A DNA stretch of 63,961 nt, filler included, from an uncultured bacterium (GCA_964471275.1; 3 parts of 3 records of this genome joined end to end with filler, not necessarily neighbours in it), one strand, 5' to 3'; counted from the first letter of the whole stretch, positions 41,001 through 50,439 are shown. Notes: generated from the letters alone by a model not told the origin. Made by a program: numbers and translations.

Positions 41001-42092
41001 CTCTCGTCTGACTTCACCGAAGAGGCCAGCTTCATTGTGGACACGGTCAAACCCGTGGTCGACAGCATTCAGGTTAGACCCCGTGTGCTGGCACGAGGAC
41101 GGCGGGCGTCCGTGGTCGTCGACTTCAACGATGAACCGGCCGGAATGGATAACACCGTGACACCCACAGTGACGGTCCAGATCGCAAACCAGCCAAACCT
41201 CCTGATCCTCGATCAGCTCAGCTACAGCGGTGATCTTTGGATTGGCGAAGCGGATGTCACCAGTGACGTGCCTTCCGGTAGCCTGGTGATCCGCGTGACA
41301 GGAGCGAGAGACTTGAAGGGCAACACGATGGCCCCCTTCGAGCGAACCATTCCTGCCCTGATTGTCGCTGGCGGAGGCGGCGTGGTCGAAAGCCCCGACG
41401 GGAGCATCAAGCTGGAAATTTCGCCGAACGTCTTGCCGGCGAATCTAACGGAGAACCCCGATGTCAGGATCGACGCCGTTCCCGTTGGGACCGAGCCATC
41501 GGGAGTCGTGGCATCCTACGGCGCCTACGAGATCACTTCCGATCCTGACCTGCCGCTGCGGAAACCGGCAACACTTGAATTCGGTGTGCCGCAAGGGTCG
41601 AACCGGGAGCGACTGGCAATCTATCACCGGCCGGACGCAACGTGGTCACGCATTGGCGGCACCGTAACGGGCAACCGAATCCGGGTGCCCATCATGGACC
41701 TGTCGATCTACGGGTTGTTTGAGGATGCTTCGGCTGCTGCAGGTTCGGGCACCGTATCCAACATCAAATTCAGCAACCGCGCTTTCTCGCCCTCCGGCAG
41801 GCTGACCCGGCCAGGAGCAGGGCCTCAGGCTGGAGCCCCGGTTCTGGTCCAGACGACTGATATTTCGTTCGAGTTATCGGCCGCATCGAGCGTGCGAATC
41901 GCGATCTACAACAGGGCTGGGCAGCTGCAGAATATTCTGACACCGGGACAGCAGATGAACGAGGGCCGGAACGTGGTGACCTGGGACGGCAGGGACCACT
42001 CGGACAACCCCGTCCGCAGCGGACTCTACATCGTCTCGATAGACGCCGGTGGTGAACAGCAGCAAAAAACCGTCGCGGTAGTGAATCGGTAG
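38019..42092 (+). CDS. FG-GAP/VCBS repeat protein with FN3-like and FlgD Ig-like C-terminal domains
   Basis: Two blocks of about 7 WGDYDNDGDLDL repeats, each followed by an FN3-like domain; C-terminal WDGRD...SGLYI. Confidence 0.9.
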   Translation: MIVIPPAGKRPGLILFPLLASLLAFLNVAPIDAQTLAVSQNLTGVWGATTTWADIDGDGDADLILTGLTGPPNSCEPVTQIYRNDGGILSEQSSNLPGIHLGASAFSDYDGDGDLDLALSGVSSAGTGMVVLFRNTNGSFAEDLAQSDLQAETLRYSALAWGDYDGDGDPDLLASGVTAAGNARTVLYKNGRIDADRVGSPLGGSPILRVDEPNSERILNLNQGSLGWGDIDGDGDLDLALTGYGTDGGRQAALYVNEPLGTLTLDTRNSGLPALSGGDLAWADYDNDGDLDLAVSGWNTNWEATFQIFTNAAGILREDITFSSRRIVGSLAWGDYDNDGDLDLLAAGQTNVSERLTFVLRNEPAGTLAEDPSQTLTGSRGGDAAWADVDGDGQLDLVVAGEVDGETRKTTLYQNQSGRAANTAPQPPDRLGSPFVTSRGVSLDWNDGSDTESPSTALTYNLRIGTTSGGHDVFSGALAVGGGNVGSSKTLSLSIPLARDTYFWAVQAVDPGYEVSAESQEEIFRVQDLVSSSQNLRPLRDAALDWGDYDNDGDADLILTGRDVDSRGRSILYRNEGGILTERSDVVFQGLLSGDAAWGDYDNDGDLDLALVGTDASGNRFTHLYRNRLDLGDFALNIMNVQNLAQLGSGDIDWGDFDNDGDIDLAAMGQISGQRIATVYRNDAGDFVEEETFTLGGADNGDLQWGDYDNDGDLDLAVIGQVSETFQADLTIYRNDPVGILTQDTRSDLAGSFASSLAWGDYDSDGDLDLATSGFDITVGRITRIYDNDGSGLLSVNGQSITGGAASDLEWGDFDNDGDLDLALLGNGASAPLLLVYRNQGGTFSAQTIDVLRGVDFGALGWADIDSDGDLDLLSAGRSSEDGINFELSTRANDNLESRFNPNVKPVPPAELTAGTTGADVQLTWTPAQDAGTNATPASALTYETRVGSEPGSDNIRSGVSAIGFGSIRTTSLVLRDLPSGRYFWSTRTIDAAMLSSDFTEEASFIVDTVKPVVDSIQVRPRVLARGRRASVVVDFNDEPAGMDNTVTPTVTVQIANQPNLLILDQLSYSGDLWIGEADVTSDVPSGSLVIRVTGARDLKGNTMAPFERTIPALIVAGGGGVVESPDGSIKLEISPNVLPANLTENPDVRIDAVPVGTEPSGVVASYGAYEITSDPDLPLRKPATLEFGVPQGSNRERLAIYHRPDATWSRIGGTVTGNRIRVPIMDLSIYGLFEDASAAAGSGTVSNIKFSNRAFSPSGRLTRPGAGPQAGAPVLVQTTDISFELSAASSVRIAIYNRAGQLQNILTPGQQMNEGRNVVTWDGRDHSDNPVRSGLYIVSIDAGGEQQQKTVAVVNR

Positions 42093-42096
42093 CGCA

Positions 42097-43572
42097 ATGA
42101 TCAAACCCATTCGAAAACCTTTGACCGTGATCGGCACAACCCTCCTGGCGTTCGTGCCAGCCTGGGGACAGCCCACGTTTACCGACGTAACCACCTCTGC
42201 CGGTGTTGCCAATTCCATACCGACGCTTCCCAAGGTCGGGACGGGAGCGACTTGGGGTGATTACGACGGCGACGGGGATCTGGATCTTTACGTAACTAAC
42301 TGGGCAAGTTCCGTCAGCAACGCCGCCAACCGGTTGTATCGCAACAACGGAAACGGCACCTTCTCCGACGTCGCCGGGTCATCCGGTGTCGGTGACGGCA
42401 GAAACAGCGTCGCCGCATCGTGGGCAGATTACGACAACGACGGCAATCTGGATCTTTATGTCGTCAATTTCTTCTTGCAGGATCAGCTCTACCGAAACAA
42501 CGGGAACGGGTCGTTTTCCAACGTAACGGCGAGCGCAGGTGTTAACGTGATCAGTCAGGGCGACGAGACGATCGCCGTCTGGGGAGACTACAATGCAGAC
42601 GGACTGATCGATATCTACGTCTGCAAGCGACGGTTCAGAAACACGCTCTACCACAACAATGGCAACGGTACGTTCTCCGAGATCGGCGAACTGGCAGGTG
42701 TGGCCGACAACCGGGACTCGGAAGGCGCCGCGTGGGCAGACTACGATGGCGACGGCGACCAGGATCTGTATGTGGTCAACCGTGAGCAGAACAACGCACT
42801 CTACAGGAACAACGGGACCGGAAGCTTCACCGAGATCGCGTGCGAAGCGTCTATCGATAACACGGACATCGGTAGGAGTGCGGCCTGGATCGACTTTGAC
42901 TTGGATGGCGACTTCGATCTCTATGTCGTGAACGTCGGCGGAAACGCGCTCTACCGCAACGACGGCAACGACAGCTTCACAAACATCGCTGACGGAGACA
43001 TCAAGAACACAGGCGCCTCGTGGATCAGCTGGATCGGTGCGTGGGCCGACTACGATGCGGACGGCACGCTGGACGTCTTCGTAGCGAATGGGGCAGAGTC
43101 GAAGTCGGGGCAGGCAAGCGCACTCCTGACGCAGTCAGGTGGACAGTTTAGCGAGGCCTCAGACACGGGAATCAGTGCATCGGTCACGAACGCGATGAGC
43201 GCGGCCCCCGCCGATTTTGACGGCGATTTCGACGTCGACCTCTACGTTGTGAACAGCAGTTTCCCGGGTTTTGAGGCATCGACCCTCTACCGGAACGATA
43301 CGGCAGGATCATCCGGCCTCGTGATCATTCCGGTCCGCTCTGGACCCTCCGGCGATGGGATCGGAATGCAGGTCAGAGTGTATGACGGCAGCCAGCTGAT
43401 CGGAAACCATCTCATCAGCGGCGGCAGCAACTCCCTCGAGGCCTACGTGGGCAATACAGACGCGGCGAATGATCTCCGGATCGAGATCGTGAATGTGGAT
43501 GGCAGCGTGACAAACGCAGCTGTCGTGGCAGGTGGCCTGCAGCGTATCATCCTCGGGCCGGTGTCACCGTGA
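42097..43572 (+). CDS. FG-GAP repeat protein, CRTAC1/ASPIC-UnbV-like
   Basis: Signal peptide and seven W.DYD.DGD.DLYV.N repeats with LYRNNGNG.F. Confidence 0.88.
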   Translation: MIKPIRKPLTVIGTTLLAFVPAWGQPTFTDVTTSAGVANSIPTLPKVGTGATWGDYDGDGDLDLYVTNWASSVSNAANRLYRNNGNGTFSDVAGSSGVGDGRNSVAASWADYDNDGNLDLYVVNFFLQDQLYRNNGNGSFSNVTASAGVNVISQGDETIAVWGDYNADGLIDIYVCKRRFRNTLYHNNGNGTFSEIGELAGVADNRDSEGAAWADYDGDGDQDLYVVNREQNNALYRNNGTGSFTEIACEASIDNTDIGRSAAWIDFDLDGDFDLYVVNVGGNALYRNDGNDSFTNIADGDIKNTGASWISWIGAWADYDADGTLDVFVANGAESKSGQASALLTQSGGQFSEASDTGISASVTNAMSAAPADFDGDFDVDLYVVNSSFPGFEASTLYRNDTAGSSGLVIIPVRSGPSGDGIGMQVRVYDGSQLIGNHLISGGSNSLEAYVGNTDAANDLRIEIVNVDGSVTNAAVVAGGLQRIILGPVSP

Positions 43573-46500
43573 AACGGTTCCTGACCACGGCAGCACTGCT
43601 TCTTGCCACGGCGTCGGCCGTTTTCGCCGACAGACCGTCGGTGGCGACGACGGCCCGGTCCATCGGTCTGGGCGGGACGGTCACAGCCCTGTCCAACGAT
43701 GCGTCGACGACGTTCTGGAATCCGTCCGGTGTCGCGATGCTCCAGCGGCAGGAGATCGTCTTCTCCTACGCGGATCGTTTCGGTCTTGGCCTTAACAACA
43801 GCTTTACCAGCTACGTCTTCCCGTTGTTCGAACGACACGCGGTCGGCATCGATTGGCTTCGTGAGAGTTTTGGTGATGACGAGTTGAAGGATGCGCTCAA
43901 CATCATCAACGTGGGATACGGATTCCAGCTGCATCGTGCGCTCTCGGTGGGCGCCGGTGCCAAGACAGTCTTCCAGAGTATCGAGCTCGATGGCGTGAGC
44001 CTCAGAAGCGCCAGCGGGTTTGGCTTCGACCTGGGTTTGGTCTTCGCCCCGAAGGCGAAGCCTTTCGACAAACTCCGATTCGGCCTGACCTTTCAGGATG
44101 TCGGTGGCACCAAGGTGCAGGACGACAACACTCAGTTCGAAGAGGAGCTCTTTGAACAGAATGTCCGTGGGGGTGTTGCCTACCAGGTCACGAGGGATAT
44201 CACGCTCGCAGCCGACATCGACAGGAACGATCTGCATTTCGGTACCGAATACCAACCGATGGGGTCTTTGATCGTTCGCGGTGGACTCAGCAAGTCGCTT
44301 CGCGAGCCGAATGGTGCCGACAACAGCCTGGCTTTTGCGCTCGGGTTTGGGCTCAAATACAATTCCGTCCAGCTTGACTACGCGTTCGAGAACCACCCGG
44401 TGCTGCCGGCCACCCATCACGCAACCCTCGCGCTGTCCTACAACGCTTCAGTCGTGAACATCAAGGACGCGATCATCCGGCCTGCACCGATTTTCAAATC
44501 TCTCTACCGTACATATGAGGCGAGCGATTTTGTCGATGTCGTACTGAGGAATTCGTCCCCCGATCCGCTTCCCATAACGGTCATCGTGGAGGTACCGACG
44601 CTGACGGATGCCCCGCACGAGGAGTCCTTTATCCTCCCGCCGCAGAGCACGGAACGATACGGGATAAAGCTGACGTTCCCGCAGGATCTTCTCTCAACAC
44701 AGCCCTCATACTACGACAACGTGGTCCAGCCGACGGTCAAGGTGGCGTATCAGCAGGGCCGCCGAGCGAAGACGGCGAGCAAGACGCTCAGCAGCGTTTA
44801 CGTACTCGGTAAAGGCAAGCTGTCTTGGAGCAACCCACGCAGGATCGCTGCCTTTATCACACCGGAGAGTCGTACGGTCGACTCGTTTGCAAGGGGGCTG
44901 GTCGGCCAGTACGCGGACCGACTGAGAGAGAAGTTCGGTAACAACAACATGGGTAAAGCGGCACTGATTTTTGATGCAATCGGTGCGTATGGCCTTCGAT
45001 ACCAGCAGGATCAGACCACGCCGTATCTGGAAATCTTCGAAGACGACTCGGTGTTCGATACGGTCAAGTACCCATACGAGTATCTGCAGGCCAAGATCGG
45101 AGACTGCGACGACTGCACCGCCCTCTTCTGCTCGATGCTCGAGAATCTGAACATCCCGACGGCTATCCTAGACGTCAACGATCCGCAGTATGGCCACATA
45201 TACATGATGTTCGACAGCGGGATTTCGGTTCAGAACGCTGGGGACTTCTTTCTCAGTGAGCGTGAATACGTTCTGTGGGACAACAGAATCTGGATTCCCG
45301 TCGAAACCACGCTGTTTGGATCGTCGTTCTCGGATGCGTGGCGCAACGGAGCTGAAGAGTACTACGTTCGCAAGGAACGCGGGTTCATAAACGAGATCCT
45401 TGTCTCCGATGCGCAGGGTACCTTCCGTCCGGGTGTCGTTCCAGATGCCGAGATAGACGTCCCTTCGGCGTCACAGATCGCAAAGCTCTTCGATCGCGAT
45501 CTCGCCTTCTTCGACAATCGGCTCGACCGGATTGCGCTGTCATCCGGTGTCTCACTGGACAGTGCGGAAGGTCTCTATGATGCAGGTGCTGCCTACCTGA
45601 GACTGTCACAGCTCGAACGGGCCGAAACATCGTTCACGGACGCGATCAAGATGGACCCGGGGCTGGCAGACGCGTACAACGCCCTGGGCGTGGTTCTGAC
45701 GAAGCGGCGCCGGTATGAGGAGGCGATCGAGCTCTTCGGTAAGGCGCTGGAGTTGAACCCGAACGACGCGGGTTTCCGGATCAACATCGCTCTGACTTAC
45801 CACCTGCAGGGCCGGGCGGCTGATGCAGAGCAGGCCTACCAGCTCGCAGTCGACTCGAACAGTGATTTCGCGGGTGTGCTTGATTTTCTCTCCGGCGAGG
45901 CAGCTGCAACGGGCGGCGGAGCGGATCCCCTGCAGAAGATCGCATCTGACAAGGCCTACGAGGACGGTGCAGCCTTCCTTCGTCTGAATCGTCTGGATAA
46001 GGCGACGGAGACTCTCGATCGTGCACTGGAACTGAACCCGAGCAATGCCGAGGCCCTGAACGCCAAGGGCGTGATCGCCACCAAAGACCGGAAATACGAG
46101 GAAGCACTGAGCCTGTATCGGCGTGCGGCAACCGTCAGACCTGACAACGGCGGCTACCAGGCCAACCTCGCGATCACCTACCACCTGCAGGGCAAGAAAG
46201 ACGTGGCAATAGAGGCCTACAGGAGGGCCGTCGAGCTCGACCCGAACTTTGAAGGTCAGCTCGACTTCATCACCGGTGGCCAGCCCCTTAAATCGATCGC
46301 CATCAAGTCGGCACCCTCATCGAAGACCGTTGGCCCTCTTCAGAAGATTGCATCCGAGAAAGCATACGACGACGGCGCGGCTTTCCTCAGACTGGAGAGA
46401 CTTGACCGAGCGATCGAGCTGTTCGATCGTGCCCTGGAACTGAACCCGGTGAACGTTGATGCACTCAACGGAAAGGGTGTCGCAGCAACGCGCAGCAGAG

Positions 46501-46688
46501 ATTACGAAGTGGCGGTTTCCATGTTCACACGGGCGCTCGCACTGGACACCGAAAACGGCGGCTTCCTCATCAATCTGGCCATCGTCTATCACCTCCAGGG
46601 GGATGCCTCCAGGGCACTTGAGGCCTACGAGAAGGCCGCTGAACTGGATAGTGGCCTCGCCGGACAGCTGGAATTCCTGGAAAAATAG
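43569..46688 (+). CDS. PorV/UPF0164-like outer-membrane barrel fused to a transglutaminase-like domain and TPR repeats
   Basis: ARSIGLGG..TA..DAS..FWNPSG start and LDYAF...H..TL barrel end; GDCDD, GHIY and WIPVETT motifs; 3x3 TPRs. Confidence 0.85.
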   Translation: MKRFLTTAALLLATASAVFADRPSVATTARSIGLGGTVTALSNDASTTFWNPSGVAMLQRQEIVFSYADRFGLGLNNSFTSYVFPLFERHAVGIDWLRESFGDDELKDALNIINVGYGFQLHRALSVGAGAKTVFQSIELDGVSLRSASGFGFDLGLVFAPKAKPFDKLRFGLTFQDVGGTKVQDDNTQFEEELFEQNVRGGVAYQVTRDITLAADIDRNDLHFGTEYQPMGSLIVRGGLSKSLREPNGADNSLAFALGFGLKYNSVQLDYAFENHPVLPATHHATLALSYNASVVNIKDAIIRPAPIFKSLYRTYEASDFVDVVLRNSSPDPLPITVIVEVPTLTDAPHEESFILPPQSTERYGIKLTFPQDLLSTQPSYYDNVVQPTVKVAYQQGRRAKTASKTLSSVYVLGKGKLSWSNPRRIAAFITPESRTVDSFARGLVGQYADRLREKFGNNNMGKAALIFDAIGAYGLRYQQDQTTPYLEIFEDDSVFDTVKYPYEYLQAKIGDCDDCTALFCSMLENLNIPTAILDVNDPQYGHIYMMFDSGISVQNAGDFFLSEREYVLWDNRIWIPVETTLFGSSFSDAWRNGAEEYYVRKERGFINEILVSDAQGTFRPGVVPDAEIDVPSASQIAKLFDRDLAFFDNRLDRIALSSGVSLDSAEGLYDAGAAYLRLSQLERAETSFTDAIKMDPGLADAYNALGVVLTKRRRYEEAIELFGKALELNPNDAGFRINIALTYHLQGRAADAEQAYQLAVDSNSDFAGVLDFLSGEAAATGGGADPLQKIASDKAYEDGAAFLRLNRLDKATETLDRALELNPSNAEALNAKGVIATKDRKYEEALSLYRRAATVRPDNGGYQANLAITYHLQGKKDVAIEAYRRAVELDPNFEGQLDFITGGQPLKSIAIKSAPSSKTVGPLQKIASEKAYDDGAAFLRLERLDRAIELFDRALELNPVNVDALNGKGVAATRSRDYEVAVSMFTRALALDTENGGFLINLAIVYHLQGDASRALEAYEKAAELDSGLAGQLEFLEK

Positions 46689-46905
46689 TACGGTAGAAAC
46701 TGTGACGAATGACATCTTCTTACGCGTCGCCGCCGGATAAATACTTTAAATACAATTGTTTATATTGTTTTAGAATTTCCCGTTAGGCGTGTTCTGAATC
46801 ACGTGCGCTTGGTGGGGTTTTCCGTATTTTTTCTGTATCAGTTAGATGATATAATTTTTCGAATGCGACTCTCAGTCGGGCACCGAACACCTAGGAGGAC
46901 AAAAC

Positions 46906-47439
46906 ATGAAGTTCATCTTCTCCCTCGCGATCGCCGGATTCATTTCGGCTGGCCTGTTCGCCTCTCCGGCACCCGCGGAAGAGACCAAGTCGGACAAGGC
47001 TGAAGTCAAGAAAGATGACAAGGCCGAAGTCAAGAAAGATGACAAGGTAAAAGTATCGAGCGCGTTCCTGAACCGGTGGAAGAAGATTCAGAAGGTCGCG
47101 AAGAATCGCGCGCACGAAACACAGCAAACACGAACGGTCGCCGGTGTGCGCGGTGCTGAGGCAGAGGACGCTGTCCTCGACCAGCTCTATTACAAAGGTG
47201 GCGTGCGGTATCCCAGTCGGGTTGACCTGAAAAATGCCATCTCTCAGCTTCAGGAATCAATCAAGGCCGATCCGAAAGCAGAGACGGTTGCAGAACAGAA
47301 GTTCTTCATTGCTCAGTGTCACTCGCAGCTTGGTGAGACGGACGACGCAAAGGCGACCTACACGGATATCGTGGACAACCACGCAGATTCCGATTTCGCC
47401 GCACAGGCAAAGGAAGAACTCAAGAAATTCGAAGAATAA
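46906..47439 (+). CDS. secreted protein with VAGVRG motif and C-terminal TPR-like helices
   Basis: AGGAGG RBS, signal peptide, TRTVAGVRGAE motif and a CpoB-like TPR end. Confidence 0.85.
   Translation: MKFIFSLAIAGFISAGLFASPAPAEETKSDKAEVKKDDKAEVKKDDKVKVSSAFLNRWKKIQKVAKNRAHETQQTRTVAGVRGAEAEDAVLDQLYYKGGVRYPSRVDLKNAISQLQESIKADPKAETVAEQKFFIAQCHSQLGETDDAKATYTDIVDNHADSDFAAQAKEELKKFEE
46993..47047 (+). repeat. 24-bp in-frame tandem repeat (DKAEVKKD x2.3)
   Basis: GACAAGGC(T/C)GAAGTCAAGAAAGAT twice, then GACAAGG. Confidence 0.85.
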
Positions 47440-47481
47440 GTCTGATCGTATCCTGACAACCCCTCCAGAATGATCAAGCAC

Positions 47482-47521
47482 GAGCAGCGTCGGTTCAGTC
47501 CGACGCTGCTCTTTTCTTTTT
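47482..47521 (+). terminator. intrinsic terminator
   Basis: 12-bp stem GAGCAGCGTCGG-ttcagt-CCGACGCTGCTC followed by TTTTCTTTTT. Confidence 0.88.
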
Positions 47522-47620
47522 AAGGCCTTTTGCACCTCCCTCATTCCCGGAGTTATATTCCTGAGCATAAGGGCAGACGATCGGCCCATTCCTTGGCGCA
47601 CCACCGACAGCGGGGCAGAT

Positions 47621-49200
47621 ATGGCAGACGAAGAAGAAAAAAAGACCCAAGACAGCGACTGGAGTCATCTCCTCATCGGTATCGGTACGGGTATCGCTGT
47701 TGCACTCCTCTCGCTGACACACTTCTACCAGGATCTCGAGTCCAGCAGCTACGACTTCCGGTTTCTCCAGAGAAACGAATGGGTGGGCAAGCCCAGGCAG
47801 CTGGAGACTGTCTCCACGATCGATATCGATGACGCGGCCCTCCAGGCGCACGGCTGGCCGTTCACACGCGACAAGCACGCAGAACTCGTGGATATCCTTA
47901 GTGATCTCGGCGCCGAGATGATCGGCTTTGATATCTTCTTCTATGAGCCAAGCGGACAGGAACTGTCTCCTGAAGACCTCGACGCACTCGAGGGAAATCT
48001 GATCGACCGGGCAGATCTGGTCGCGCTCATCAAGGATCACGACAAGGAATTCGTTCGAGTTGCGAAGAAGTCAAATATCGTGGTCAACGCGCAGACCTTC
48101 GAGATTGCAAAAGGCCGATCCCTCGCGTTCACTCAGGAAAATCTCCGCTCACGCACGCCAGAGAAGGATCACTCGGTGAAGAGTCTTGCAGGTTTCTCGG
48201 CACCTATGCCCGAATCGAATGCGGAGAACTTCTACCTGGCCACAGACATCGAAGTGCCACTGCAGTCCTACATCGAATCCTCGCGTGGAATAGGCTTTGC
48301 GTTACCCAATCCGGACCACGACGGCATCGTTCGACGATACCGGCTGGCGCTGTATTACGACGGCCGAGTCTACTTCTCCCTCGGTTTGGCTATGGCCTGC
48401 GACTACATGAAGGTGCCGCTGACAAACGTGAGATTCGAGGAGGACTATATCGGTCTTCCGAACGCGACTGTTGAGGGACAGACGGTCCGGGAAGTCCGGA
48501 TCCCGACGATGGGTCACTACGAAATGCTCGTCAACTGGGCGGGCACCTTCAACGGCACCTACCGACACCTCCCCTACAACCTCATCCTGGAATTCGCCGA
48601 GAATGAACCGCAGAACCGAGCTCTGAAGTTTGCGAAAACCCAACTGCATCAGGATGAGAACGTCTTTATGGACGACGACCTGTATCTGAAGGCGGCCCGG
48701 TCGGCCGATGTCGCGGATCTGGGCCCTGAGCTTCTCCTGAACTACCGAAATGTCGTTATGGACTGCGCGGGCATTGAAGCGGCACTGGTCGAAAGTCCTG
48801 ATCTCACGGTCGAGCAATTCCTGAGCAGCATGGGGATCCCCGACGAGGAGTTGGCACCCGTTGTCGAGGTATTCGCCCCCTTCTTCAGCGAAGTCGGGAC
48901 GAACCTGCGCATCGCAGGCATACTGACAGAGGAGCCGGACCTGTCACTGCCGGACGTGGCCTCCCGGCTGGCGGGATTGAAGATCAAGGATATCGACCAC
49001 AACGTCGGAGTCATTCGCCATCTCCTGAAGCGGGACGGGCTGAGCGAAAGTCATCACCCGTTGTTCTTCCTGGATCGCGTGAAGACCGAGGGGTTGCACG
49101 GAGAAGGTGAAGCGGCCAGGGTCATTACTCGCAAGGAGTTCGACGGTACCGTGTTCTTCTACGGTCTCACGGCAACAGGCACGCACGACCTGAATCCGAC
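47621..49200 (+). CDS. CHASE2 domain sensor protein, truncated by gap (output domain not visible)
   Basis: TM helix, LE..SYDFRF, IDIDD..L...GWPF.R, IGFDIFF.E, PDHDGIVRRY and G.TA.G..DL.P motifs. Confidence 0.9.
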
Positions 49201-49300
49201 NNNNNNNNNNNNNNNNNNNNNNNNNNNNNNNNNNNNNNNNNNNNTTAATTAATTAANNNNNNNNNNNNNNNNNNNNNNNNNNNNNNNNNNNNNNNNNNNN
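49201..49300. other. artificial contig linker
   Basis: 44 N + TTAATTAATTAA + 44 N. Confidence 0.97.
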
Positions 49301-49928
49301 TCAGCTGATCCCTTCTTTGTTGAGAAGGTACACGACATCATCGGCCTTTATCTGATATCCACCTGATCACGCGATGGTTCTGTGTGTCGACGAAAAGAGC
49401 CAAACACTGGCGCTGTTACCGATGGGCCTGAGGTATGTCGAAGGCGCCATGCACGATTACGTCCGGAACGGCACAATGACACTGTTCGCAGCTCTCGATG
49501 TTGCGACAGGAAAAGTCATCGCGCAGTGCAGTCACCGCCACCGACATCAAGAGTTTCTACGCTTCCTCAACCACATTGAGAAGAGCGTGCCTACAGATTT
49601 TGAGATGCACCTTGTCGTAGACAACTATGCAACTCACAAACATCAGAAGGTGAACCGCTGGTTAACAAAAAGACCGCGCTATCACATCCACTACACGCCA
49701 ACATACGCTTCGTGGCTGAATCAGGTCGAGATATGGTTCAACATCATTACGCAAAAAGCCATACGACGCGGATCCTTCAGGTCCGTCCAACAACTGATGG
49801 ACCGAACCAGAACTTTTACCACGAACTACAACGAGAAAACCGCGCCCTTCGCGTGGGCGGCTGCAGCTGAGTCGATCCTATCAAAGACCGAACGACTTTA
49901 CATGGTTATTTCTGGGACACGACACTAG
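49301..49928 (+). mobile_element. IS630 family element, 3' part with degenerate transposase
   Basis: DPFFVEKV.DIIGLY, VDEKSQ, DNYATH and SWLNQVE DDE motifs; frameshift near 49355; ends GGGACACGACACTAG, as is typical of IS630 right ends. Confidence 0.9.
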
Positions 49929-49929
49929 T

Positions 49930-50418
49930 GTGCCCTCGGGACTCGCCCACAGACGGATTGCCTCCTTGGTTCTTTTTGCTGTTCAGGGTCTGATCCTCCC
50001 CTACTACGATGTCTTCGTAGCTGTGCTCGGCCCGGATCAGGTGTTCGAATTCGCCCTGTTGTTCTGTCTCTCCTTCTTCGCTGGTACCTACCTTCTTTTA
50101 CCTGATCTGGACCTCAGAGATAGTGACCCCGCCAAGAGCTGGGGTATCGTTCAGGTGATCTGGCGGCCCTACGCACGGGTGTTCAAGCACCATGGTCTTT
50201 CCCGCACCCCAGTTCTGGGCACACTGTCGCGGGTCGTCTATCTGGGCAGCATCTGCTACGTGATCAGTGCAGTGATCCAGAGCCTGATGGATCTGGATTG
50301 GGCGATTTCTGTCTACGATTTCCCCTGGCTCCTGTCGCCCCGGTCACTGTGTGTGTTCCTCGGCCTGGCCGCCTCGGATCTCGTGCATCTGGTCGCCGAC
50401 CAGTTCTTCAGCCGGTGA
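49930..50418 (+). CDS. DUF2227 family putative metal-binding membrane protein
   Basis: MPSG..H, PDLD, W.PY, GT..R..YL and HL.AD motifs. Confidence 0.75.
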   Translation: MPSGLAHRRIASLVLFAVQGLILPYYDVFVAVLGPDQVFEFALLFCLSFFAGTYLLLPDLDLRDSDPAKSWGIVQVIWRPYARVFKHHGLSRTPVLGTLSRVVYLGSICYVISAVIQSLMDLDWAISVYDFPWLLSPRSLCVFLGLAASDLVHLVADQFFSR

Positions 50419-50439
50419 TACTCTAACATGCTGAAATTA

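Noticed and set aside
38170..43260. Recurring GACTACGACAACGA(T/C)GG-like DNA repeats resembling an array
   Set aside because: These are degenerate coding FG-GAP repeats with synonymous variation. They are not CRISPR repeats and no cas genes are present.
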